Source: Asterias rubens
Taxonomy: Eukaryota
Reading direction: 5' to 3'
Length of the DNA: 64,000 bases
Assembly (NCBI RefSeq): GCF_902459465.1
Contig: NC_047080.1
Coordinates: 5,270,001-5,334,000, forward strand
Shown here: in pieces, positions 46,301 to 58,300 of the stretch
How positions within the stretch are numbered: position 1 is the first letter of the stretch
Layout: each line of letters starts with the position of its first letter
Notes under the pieces: model-generated
What the model was told of the DNA's origin: nothing
Database searches by the model: none
The model's input: only the letters and a program-made list of their open reading frames with translations
Position numbers and translations under genes: made by a program

Positions 46301-49300
46301 TGTTAGTCACTATAAACATCAGGATGAAGTAATGCGGAATTCAGAGGATTAAACAACTTGGCTGCTGGCTACAAAGTCAATTTTCCCCTAAGATTTTACA
46401 GATTCCACCAGTAAAATTTTTGCCAGTTAGGTGTTCACACTATAATGTAGCTCCACATTGAAAGTACAAATTCAAAATTTAGGAAAGTAAAACTGTCACA
46501 AATCTCTGTTCTGAGAGAGGTTTTACAAAAAAATTACAAAAAATTTAATCGTTCTCTTTTTTAAGGACAGTAAGGTAGTTCCCCAGGATGACAGAAATGT
46601 TTCTTAATTTCAATAAAAATAAACTAGTATTTTAAATCCAAAATGAATAGATTCATTACCAATCTAGTTCAAACTATTGTACAACAAGGTTATTTCACTT
46701 CATTCACAAATATCAATTGTAGATTTTGTTAGCGATATGCCATTTGTCATACAAACAATTTCAAACAGTTTTAAGCGGCCACCACATTAACAAGCAATCC
46801 ATCTGTAAACCAAGCAGGATTTCCAAAGTTGCCTACCTTGTTCATGAAATAGAAACCAAAAATTATAAATCATTGGTATCGAAAATGAGTTTTCACCAAG
46901 CACATTATCAAAATGAAAAAACAAATCTTTTAAAAAGGTTTTATAGTGTATTATATGCAACCTCACACCTAGCAATATTTGTCCGTCCAATTATTCAACA
47001 CCAAGGTGATATTTTTGTGAATTTACCTCGACTACACTTTACACCTGCTTCTAGTATGACACGCATATTGCATGCACTAAAGACTTCCTCGACATTCAAT
47101 ACTCTCCCTAATTCAACTTCAATATAGATTCACATCACATGCTTAGGAGCTATGAAGTGCAATATGTAATCTAGCGAAAACGCTACTGTAAAGTAGCAAC
47201 TGTACAATACACAGCTTGTTTCTTTTGGATGTACTTTAAATTGAAATAGGTCAAGTTATGAGGGGGGCTAATTATCGCATTCAGGTTTTTCCCCCGATCT
47301 GTAAGATGACTTACTGACTCGCAAAAAAAAAAAAAATAATACTGACATTTCATTTTGTAATTTCATTATCTTCCCTTCATGATTGGTAGAAAAGAAGATT
47401 TTTCTTTTTTTTTTCCCGAGAAGGAAAGATTACTCAAAGTCGGTCAGTTGCTTTGCAATGATAATAACAGATTGTGAAGATCATTCCAATTTAGAGTTAC
47501 CATGGCGATACATGTTACCACGGTAACCATACCCAGGCCAGCTTGCATACCATGACATGTATGTATGACTGTGTGCTATGTGTTCAAGCTACACAAATTA
47601 CCTACTGTACAAGGAGTGATATTCAACCCTAAACTATAAACGGGAAATTAAAAACTAAAATAGCAGCAAATTTGGCCAGGGCTTCTATTTCCTGGATTCC
47701 TCACTTTATGATAGTGGAGAAAATAATAATTTGTATAATTTATATGAAGATGAATAACAGTTCTTGCTATGATTATGATGAAAAAGCATAACACAGGCAT
47801 GATACTCAGGGGGAAAAAGTAGAAACAATTTAATAAGTACAAGGGCCAACCTACCATGTACTCATGGTGTTGGCTCTAACAGACTTTTCAGGTTTATCAA
47901 TCAAAATAAATTCTAAATTTTTCCGAGGGCAAAAAAATGAAATTTGACTAGGAAAAAAAACATGCCTGATATTGATAAAATTACATAACGATTTGAACAA
48001 AGTGTCTGCGAATAGGGGAAAACTTTGGTATAATTATTGGGTAAAGATAAATTATGGGAAATTTTGAGGATCATAAAATTGAATTGTTCATGAGGCAGTG
48101 CCCTCTAAGTTCAATCTTTTTCTACCTCCATGGTTCAATTAAAACTAAATCTTCAAATTTTTTAATTATAGAAAAACAATCATTGCCTGTGAATTCCATT
48201 GCAGATGAGCATAAAAACACACAATTTATTTGCTTTATGAAATGAGATTGTGGAAATAGCAAGATGAGAGTGGACCAAAAAATGGTCGCTTGCAACTTTC
48301 TGTAAGAAAGCGAGATGAGGTGGAGAGAAATTATGGAATCGTTAGTACAAAGACATTGACAGTAAATGTTAAACACTAATGACTTGATTCAAGGTCAGAT
48401 TGGAGGGCAAAGGTCAAGGGTCAGTGGGGCCCAATTTCATAATGCCTGTAAACGGTTGCTTAGAAAAGATAGGTTACCAGCCAAAAACCGTTATGATACA
48501 ATCGCTTTGACTGGTACTCCAGTCTTTACTTGCTTAGCTAAGAAATTTAATCAGCAGAATTTCTCTGCTAACAGCTTTATTAAATTGGGCCCTAGAAGCA
48601 GCAGACTTCAATTAGAACTTATGGGGTGAATATTTTACTCAGGATTTATTTTTGGATACTTTTTTTTTATGCCCCTTCCACCTCAAAAAAAAAGAGGGAC
48701 AAAATAAAATAAAGGGACATATAATAACCAACAGAATACCAAGGTTAGGGCTTATTGGGATAAATTTGACCCCCAGATCCCAGGTTTGCAAAGACAGCGA
48801 CAAGCAGGTTCTTGGGATGGGTGGGTATTACTTTAATTCACAGTCCAAAAAGAGACTAATATTTCATTTTTTACATACATGCCAGACCAGACAGAACCTT
48901 GCGACCAAAAGCTTGTCTAGTTACAACCTCTTCTTAACAGTGACACTGACACAAAGTGCATGAACGGTAATATAGTAAGCACGACACCAGACCAAAGATT
49001 GCAGGTCGAGTTTTGCAAACAAGACGTCCACCTAGCAACAGAGAAACACAAGAAGAATTTGACGACGAGCGGATGTGGGATGTTTGCAGAGAGACAGAAG
49101 AAAAGACTTTTTTGGTTAGATGAGAATGATTAGTAGACATGAAGACACCCTTTGATTTGACCATCTCATCCATACCTATATCTTCAAGATCAAAACTATC
49201 CTCAATTGTATCGATGGCTCTCCCATTCCCAAGACTCAGTTCTCTTTGATGCATAGCAGCGGCACGCCGACGAGCTAGGAAAGAGTCAATACAGAAAACG

Positions 49301-52300
49301 GAAAAGGAAAAAAAAAAGAAACAAGCGGTGTACAATCACATGCAGTGCAAAATGAAGCTCATTCCAGTTATGATATATTGAATGAAAACAAATCAGAGAT
49401 TGATCCAACCAATGAAGGGGTGGGTCCAAGGGAATGCTAACACCAACCATACCAAGTACATGTCCAGTCTTTGAAATATTCTGAGCATGTGCACAGTACA
49501 TAATGCTACTAATGTAGCACCACAAACTGTCTCACTCACTGGACACGAAGGTGACACGATTTTACTGTGACATTTTTGTTCACACGATGACAATTTTGAA
49601 CTGCAACATTCACAACACACATTCATGTACATACAAAAGTAAAGTGAAATGTGAATGTTTTCAACGATCTTAAAACAGTTTCATATTTTCAAAATGAACA
49701 CTTGATCAGAGAATTTTTTTCTCCAAGGACAAATTCTATCTCGTCAATTTTGACTTCACTTCAAATTAGGGATCAGGCCAGCAGCTTCCTAATTTGTCCT
49801 CTCGTTAAGATAAACCTCTGACACACACAAATATTGCAGGCAAATATCTTGGTACAGGTAGTGCTGCACATCAACACAAACACAAAAGATACATGTCGCG
49901 GTTCATAAGAACATGCCAAATTTGAAGTCTGTCATTTTGGCTCTCTTGGACGTTGGACTTTGTAATTAAGTCTAGACTATCACTCAGGGTATATCTACAG
50001 GGATTAAATTCATCATTGCACTGAATATTCATTATGCTGTAATTAATGTTAGTTTATGCAGGTTTTACATCTCATCAGTCCAGTGGTTTTAGTTAATGTT
50101 AATTTAGTCTTGATGCGTGTTTTGTCTTGTTAAAAAATGCTAGCTCTTATTTTTTGCCGATTACACTCATCATAATTATGGGCAACGCAGCTTTTAGTTT
50201 TACAGATTTAGTCTAGACGGGGATGTCTTAATTGTAAAAAAAAAAGAAAAAAAAAGAGAAGCAAACGAAAAAGTCTGGCACAGGTTAACAAAAAACAGCA
50301 ACGAGCAAAGAAATTGATTCTAAAATCCAAATCATTGATACTTAATTGCCCCTTTAACAAGAATCGTGGGGATTATTTGTCATGTATGGGTACACAAAAT
50401 TAGCTAATACATAATGCCCATTATTCTTGAGAGGCAATCTATGACCATTAGAGTATCAACTAATCATTTTAGTTGATGGAACAAATGCTCCTCATTTTAA
50501 ACTGAACGTTTCTTGTCTCCAAAATGAACAAAAAGAGAAAAACTATCAGCCAGTTTTGCTTTTAAATATTCTAGACAAAAAAAAGTTGTAATTTAATGTT
50601 CTGCATGCTAGTTTTTTTACAATAAGTATATGAAATATTGCTTTCATGACCAGGATCGACTGTGAGTGCGACTGCCCCAGTCATATTTCGCTTTGAGGGA
50701 ATTAATTAATGCATGAAAACAATCTAGACGTGACGTTCGCGTCCCTGATTATGACATCATAACTGGGCCTCATGCCGTGGTACCCTGCAGTTCACCGGTT
50801 CCAGCATATGGACCTCTTAATAGTTAATAGGATGCAAATGGCTGGTGCGATAAGACCAATCCCACCATGGGGGCAGCCAGGCAAATCACTCTGAAATAAC
50901 TCATAGTGGCAGATCGGTTTCTAAAAACATCTGTACCGCGAGTTAACATTTAATAACTTTCTCTATCAAGAGATGGATTCAGACAAATGAAGATAGGGGT
51001 TCTTTCGTGACCTACATGTTGCTGCTAGTGTCTAGTTCCCTTTTGAAAATGAACCAGACTATTATGATGCTTTTTAATATGGCTTCATCAAGGAAACAAG
51101 CTTCAGCATTTTAAATTTTCAACAGGCTGACATGAAACTGGGAATCATTAGGAACACAACATATGCATAGTTAACCCTCCTACTATTGGTGACATTAATC
51201 TGTGAGATGACATTTGCAACCATTCAATTGCATGGTAAAAGTTTTGTAAATGTGTGTACCCGACTGTGTACTGTAGATGCATTCAGGACATAATTTGTTA
51301 TTGCAATGTGGCATAATGTAGTTTTTACATGTCCCACAGTGGATTATTGGTCAGACAGTAGGAGGGTTAAACCTATTAAATTTAAATATTAATTTATCAG
51401 CAGTAACAGCACTTCAAACAGAACTATTAGTCAAAATAGACTTTCTAACAACTTTACTCCCAAATCCCTTTTGTGAATCTAATCCATGATTTTAAGTTCT
51501 TGTTTATCTTCATGATTTTTTTCAAAAAGTTTCAGTTGAGTAAAAGTATCGATAAGTCAACAAAGTAAATTGGAACTTTTTGACGACAGTTAAACAAACA
51601 AAAATGAAGAAATAATAGTCATGCCTTAGGTCTAAAAGAAATAAGCAATGTTTTCTTCACATTAAAATGAACATCAGACTAAAAAAAAGCTTTGAAACAA
51701 ATTTGATTTCAACTCAAGGATAAATTAATCAACATAAATTGTGTTCTGAACTTTTGAAATTGAAAACAAAACTTAAAAGGGTACGAATACAGTTCATAAC
51801 AAAAACTTCTTGAACTAAAAATATCATGGAATTGTAATTCACTGATCAATTTTGCATGTTACCTTAAAAGACCAACTATTAATGGCAATTAATTTGCAAC
51901 ATTTCAATAAAAAAAACTTTGAAACCATGCTAATGAGATCAAATAGAACATGCCATGATGTGTTAAATGAAACCATAAAACAAGCCGTTTGTAGAGAACT
52001 GAGTCCGTTATTTGTCAACATTTTCAGAACTTGACACCTGATGAAGTGTGCTTGTGATTGTCCCATGCATAGTCAACTCATACCAGACATGTAGACAGTG
52101 TAGAGGACTTAGGGGTTTGACTTGAAATAATTAAGAACGAAGTGGACTTGTGGTTGACCAAAGTTTGGGTAGACTTCTTGATGATGCTATCACCTTAATC
52201 CAATGCCCAATTTCTTAGAACTGCTTGAGTACAAAAAGAAGCAAAGCACATCAAGATTAGCTACTGGTTACCAGTGAAACTACCATTTCACATGTACAAT

Positions 52301-55300
52301 TTGTGACTGGTATCCTGCTTATTTTTGCTAAGCAGGAACATGTTCAGCAGAATTCTCTGCTTAAGCAGCTCTTTAAATTTAGGCGCGGTTCTTTCACGAC
52401 TTTGCATTAAGTATAATCATGTTTTGCAACTTGAAGAATTGGACTCAGATGTGAACTTTGACCTTTGTGACTCTGACTTTGACTATATGAAACAACAATC
52501 AGACACAAACCTGACAAAAACTGGTTACATAGGGTTCCCAGAGCTTTAAACAGAAAACTTTAACTGTAGACTTGATCTCAGAAATAAGTACTTAAATTCG
52601 CCTTAGTTTACAATAAAATAACAGCCTTGGCTTTGATGTTTGAAGTCGGCTGGCAACTTCAAAGAGATCTTTTAAAGCAGGAGTCTCCGACCAAAGAATA
52701 TGCTCCTACTGTCAGTTATGGTCTTCATTATTCATATTAAAAAAGATGGATTTCAACTATTAGATTTTATGCTCGGATATTGTAGGTCAGGGGCTTTAAC
52801 ATTTACAAGTGGTAATATTGGTAATAATGTTCCAAACAGCCATGTATAGAAGGCACACAGATTTCTCAGGGAGTATTTTAACAATTTTACACTATCGCGG
52901 TCATAAACAACAAACAACAAAGTTATTATAAAAATCTAATGAATAATTATTGATAATGAATGAATAAAAATGGAAACACCAAAACCAAAAAATGAAAAAT
53001 AGATGCTTAATGTCAACGACCTAAAATAAAATCATGAAGTGGCTCCTAAAAGGAGAAAAGAAACAAATAAAAATATCCTGACAACTGGATATAAATGCAT
53101 CTCAAGAAAACTCTGAACAAAACAATGCTATACGCATTTTCAAATCTAAAGTTTGACCTTTGACACTTACCTTCTATTGTTGCCCTTTCTTCCTCCGAGG
53201 TGGCGTTATCGTTCAGCATGACCTCTTCTGCTTTGCATATCCATTCTAAGTAACCATTAAGTTCCTTATCCAGCTGCTGCTGTCGTCTAAGTTTCAGAAA
53301 TTCTCGTCTGTTTTCTACCCGTTCTCTCTCTTTTGCAAACTCTCTGTATAACGGAAAAAAGTTAAACTGTTTAATAGCCACATTGGTCAATAATATCTGT
53401 GAAAGTTTGGACTTGTGTTGTCAGGAGAAGGTAGTGAAAAAGCGTGCACAATTTTCAGCATCTTAATAAGGTAAACATACATTGTCCTTACTTTTGGTTG
53501 TACCAAACAAAATCAGCTGTTCAGATTCCGAATCAGATGCAGTTTTCTTAATTACAAATGCATACCAAGGGGAAATATGTTACCAGAAAATAATGGTTCT
53601 AGCATGAACGTCATAATCAGTTAAGCTGATGGGACATAAAGCCGTTGGTTCCTTGTATCGTGTAACGCATGTAAAAGAGCCCAGTGCTCTTATTGAAAAG
53701 AGAAGAGGTTCGCCCCGGTGTTCCTGGCTGTGGCTGCTGAATGTGCCGTAGCACCTTGTAAACCCTTATAAGGTGCTTGGGTCTCAGAATTCATCACTGC
53801 AATAACCTATCTTTCTGAAAGTTTGTATATACTCAGTCAGTTTCTTGAGTACCTTGTTTGGTAGATACGTGCGCTATATAAGACTCATTATTATTATTAA
53901 TATTATTAAGCTTTCAAATCCTGTATAGTCTGTATCTTCTACTGCACCAAATCAAGACTCTAAGGCAACATAGTCTGGTTCCATTGTTATAAACCAACAT
54001 ATGTATTACTTTCTGTTACTGTACACAAGGAGTCAGACTTACCCACTCAAGACTCCAAGGATAAGGTTCAACATGAAGAAAGAGCCTAAGATTATAAGAG
54101 GTATAAAGTATATCCAGACAAAGTACGGTCCTTCTGCATCACTACACTGTAAATATAAAAACAAACGAGAAAATAGACTTAGCTGTTGCAAATTGCTTAT
54201 ATTACCAACCAAAGGGACCAGGGGTCGATTTCACAAAGGATTATGACTAGTTAGGAGATATTAAAAACCAAAGGCTAGTCCGAACTTAGGACGAGTAACT
54301 CGTCCTTACCTCGAGATAAGACTAATCTTAACTCTCTGATAGGATTCAAACTGCCTCTAGCTACCGAGCAATCTCGGTGGTCTAGATGGTAAGACACTGC
54401 TCTAGAATTGCAAGGGTCGTTGGTTTGAATCCTTCCGTAGTAATATGCCCGTGACTTTTTTTCATAGGGCTCAGGAAAATACTTGAGTATAATGCTTTTA
54501 AAAACACATCAGTGTTTATATATATGGGTAAACCAAAATTAATAAAATATTTGTTGGCTTTCATACTTACATAATACATAATATCGGTCCAGCCTTCCAT
54601 TGTGATACACTGAAAAACAGTTAGCATAGCAAATATCATATTGTCAAAGTTGGTAATTCCAAAGTTGGGACCCAGCCAGTATTCATCGCAAACTTCCGTT
54701 CCTTCAGCACACTGTCTGCCGTTTCCACACACTTGAGGTTCCTCTCCTTCTTTGACTGCCATTACACCTGATAAGATTCAAAGAAAGACAATTTTTAGAT
54801 TCAATGAAAACAATCAAATCTGTTGCCCCTGGTCTTGGCCTTGGTGCCCCTTTACAAAAAGCTCCACACATTTTCCTTTTAAAGTGTTTGTAAAATTCAA
54901 AATTCATCTTACTCTATAACAGACAACAATCCTTAAAGGCACTGGACACTATTGGTAATTACTCAAAATAATTGTTAGCAGAAACACTTCTTTGGTAACA
55001 AGCAAAGGAGAGCCTTTGATAGTATAAAACATTGTGAGAAACTGCTCCCTCTGAAGCAACGTAGTTTTTGAGAAAAAAAGTAATTTTCCACGAATTTAAT
55101 TTCTAGACCTCAGAATTAGATTTTGAGGTCCCGAAATCAAACATCTGAAAGCACACAACTTCGTGCCACAAGGGTGTTTTTTCTTCCATTATTATCTCGC
55201 AACTTCGACAACCAGTCGAGTTCAAATTTTAACAAGTTTGTTATTGTGTGCATATGTTGAGATACACCAAGTGAGAAGACTGGTCTTTGACAATTACCAA

Positions 55301-58300
55301 TAGTGTCCAGTGCCTTTAAAACCATCAAAACAGAACAACCAAGTTTAAAAAAAAAGACCTATGTCAGGCCTGAGATTACACGGTGGGGACTGGCCTCTGA
55401 TCTTTCAATGGAAGCGCATTTTGCAAAACGAGAATTGCCTTGCCCAAAGAGGCCAATCCGGAGGCAACGTGTCCGTTAAATACCACAAGTTCCAAACTGG
55501 TACCCAGTCATGTGTACCAACCATGCACCTACTTCAGAGGGAGCCGTTTCTCACAATGTTTTTTACTATAAACAGCTTTCCATTGCTCATTACCAACTTA
55601 TTTTTTATGCTAACAATTTATTTGAGTAATTATCAATAGAATCCAGTGCCAATTTTAAAATCATAGAATTTCGAGAAATCCTATTTCCTGGATTTTCACC
55701 AACAATGTATCCTTGATGCACTATAAGAAAATCTAAAAGCAAAAATATTTAAGAAATACAACAATTTACGCTGAAATCTGTGCAAGACTTACCTGTGCTT
55801 TTGCCGTTTTCATCGGCAATAAAGCATGTATTGTGGAATTTACCCTGGAAGAATTCCATGCCAGTGATGGCAAAGATGATAATGACAAATAAAATGAGGA
55901 GACCAATTTGAAGGAGGGGAGCCATGGCTTTAAGGATAGCTTTAAGGACAACTTGCAAACCTGAAAAGAAAGAAGACAATTAATAATCACTGCCCAGAAG
56001 ATTCGTGTTTACATGATGAAAGTTTCAGGTTTGTTTTTATTAGAGCTTATTGATGAAACATTCTGTAGACACAAATAGTTGTTTACAGAACAAACAATAC
56101 TTTTAAAAAATGTTCTAACGTAAAAGTGAAAACCCATTTGTAAAAATGTCAAACCTTGAGCTTTGGATTGGTTCAGAATAGTTTTGAAAATGAAATGAAT
56201 TAAGTTTATACAATAAATATATTGCTATATAATTTCTGGTTGAAATCCCGCTTTAGTAGTGTCGTGTTTTGTTCACCCCCAAATATTTAAAGTTTACCCA
56301 GTGGGCCATAGATCCCCCTGTGGTTAATTACTTGAAAATAATCACATTTTAACACGGAATTATTACGTACAAAATTAGTGATTAAAGTTTTAACCATTGA
56401 GAACAAAAATAGTTAAAAGTGTTAATTATATAAATTTTCCTTTTTCCATTTATATACAAAACAATGTGCTTCTCCTGGTGCTTGCTTCATCACGTCGTTA
56501 TGGTTACTGCAAGTCACAACTTACTTGGGATGCCTGATACTAATTTCAGGGGTCGAAGTACTCTGATTGCACGAAGGGTTCGCAGATCTGGGGCCGAACT
56601 GCTTCCCTCTGTAGTCTCTGCTAGACCTCCTATGAATGATATAAATCTGCAGCGACACCAAGAGGAGTTGGGGAGGGGGGAGACAAAGGAGGGGGTGATT
56701 AGTTTGGAGGTCCATGGCTGGGAAACAGATTGTTATGTTACTTGTTTGTGTTGTTTGTTTTGAAACGTAAAACAAAAAGGAATTCATGCAAGATATCTGC
56801 ACTTGTCAACATTTAAAGTTAGTTTGTTTAGTCTGTACTTAATTTACCAAAATATGTAAATAGAGGTTTAAAAAGGTATTGTGTGTCATAGTTTTTTCTG
56901 TCAAAGTTTGATTGATTGATTGATTGGTACTTGTTAGTTGGTCTTCTGAAACTTCCATGGGGAAATTGACAAGTAGGTCAGGAATGTCAGCTGAATACAG
57001 AGTTTACTTATACTTAGCCTTTAGTCAAGGCGCATGCGGCACACCGGATAGCACGCACAGCCCCAAAAATGTAACGCACGAAAAAAGACTAACACTGCGA
57101 GCAGCGAAGCGCCTTTACCAACTCGTTTTGGGGGCCTTATGTTTTTCTTTACATTTGCCAACGATTTTGGTGGGAGAAAATGTAATGCATAATGCATTAG
57201 CGTGGTGAGTTGCTGGCCAATAAGAAGCCACAATTACTTGCATGACGTCACAAGAACGTTTGATGCAAATTCGTTACATTTTCTCCCACCAAAATCGTTG
57301 GCAAATGTAAAGAAAAACATAAGGCCCCCAAAACGAGTTGGTAAAGGCGCTTCGCGGCTCCGCCGCTCGCGGTGATAGTCTTTTTTCGTGCGTTACATTT
57401 TTGGGGTTGTGCGTGCCATCAGGTGTGCTGCGTGCGCCTTGACTAAAGGCTAACTTGTACTGGGAAAACAGCCCAAAACTGTTACAGTATTTTCACAAGA
57501 TAGACCAATCCATTCCTATTTAGCGTTTAGCGTTTTAGAAAAGCGGGTCAGCATCTCTGGCCGTAGCATTCACGAGCAGACACTGACCCCTGAATGAAAC
57601 CGAGAAAAGATTCATGCATGAATAGTTTCTCAGGTTCAAGTGTTCTTATGGATTTCTAATCAACAGCTGAGCATTTCAGACGAAATAGTTATTAAGGTAT
57701 AGCAATTAAAGCAATCGCACAACATTGGTAAACAGTATTGTCCAAAGGCCCACACTTCGTGTATCACAACTTACATAAAATAACAAAATCTGTGAAAATT
57801 TAGGCTCAATCGATCATCGGAGTTGGGAGAAAATAATGGGAAACCCACCCTTGTTTCCGCATGTTTCGCCGTGTCATGACATGTGTTTAAAATAAATCTG
57901 TTATTCTCAATTTCGAGAATTGATTTAATTGTTGTTTTCTAAAAAAATAAAGCATTATTTCAAGGGAAGTCTTCCACCATCACCTTCTGTAAACCCTGTA
58001 AGTTATTTGTAAATCTGTGAACTTTTAATTTTTGTTCTGTTCAGAAAATGTCCAATGGCTTTAAGGTGTTTTGGTAAAAAAAAATAATGATCACAAAGTT
58101 GATACATCGTTAAAACAATTTGACAGTTTTACACAAAAGTTATGATACCCGGTACAACATTTTAAGAATTTAACAGTTTTTGGTTTTACTAGTCGAAAAA
58201 CAACAATACAACTAAAGACGATAAACACACAATAAAGACACTAACTGACAACAACTTCAATGTACCTAAGAAACAGTGTCATAGTTGCTATAATTATAAC

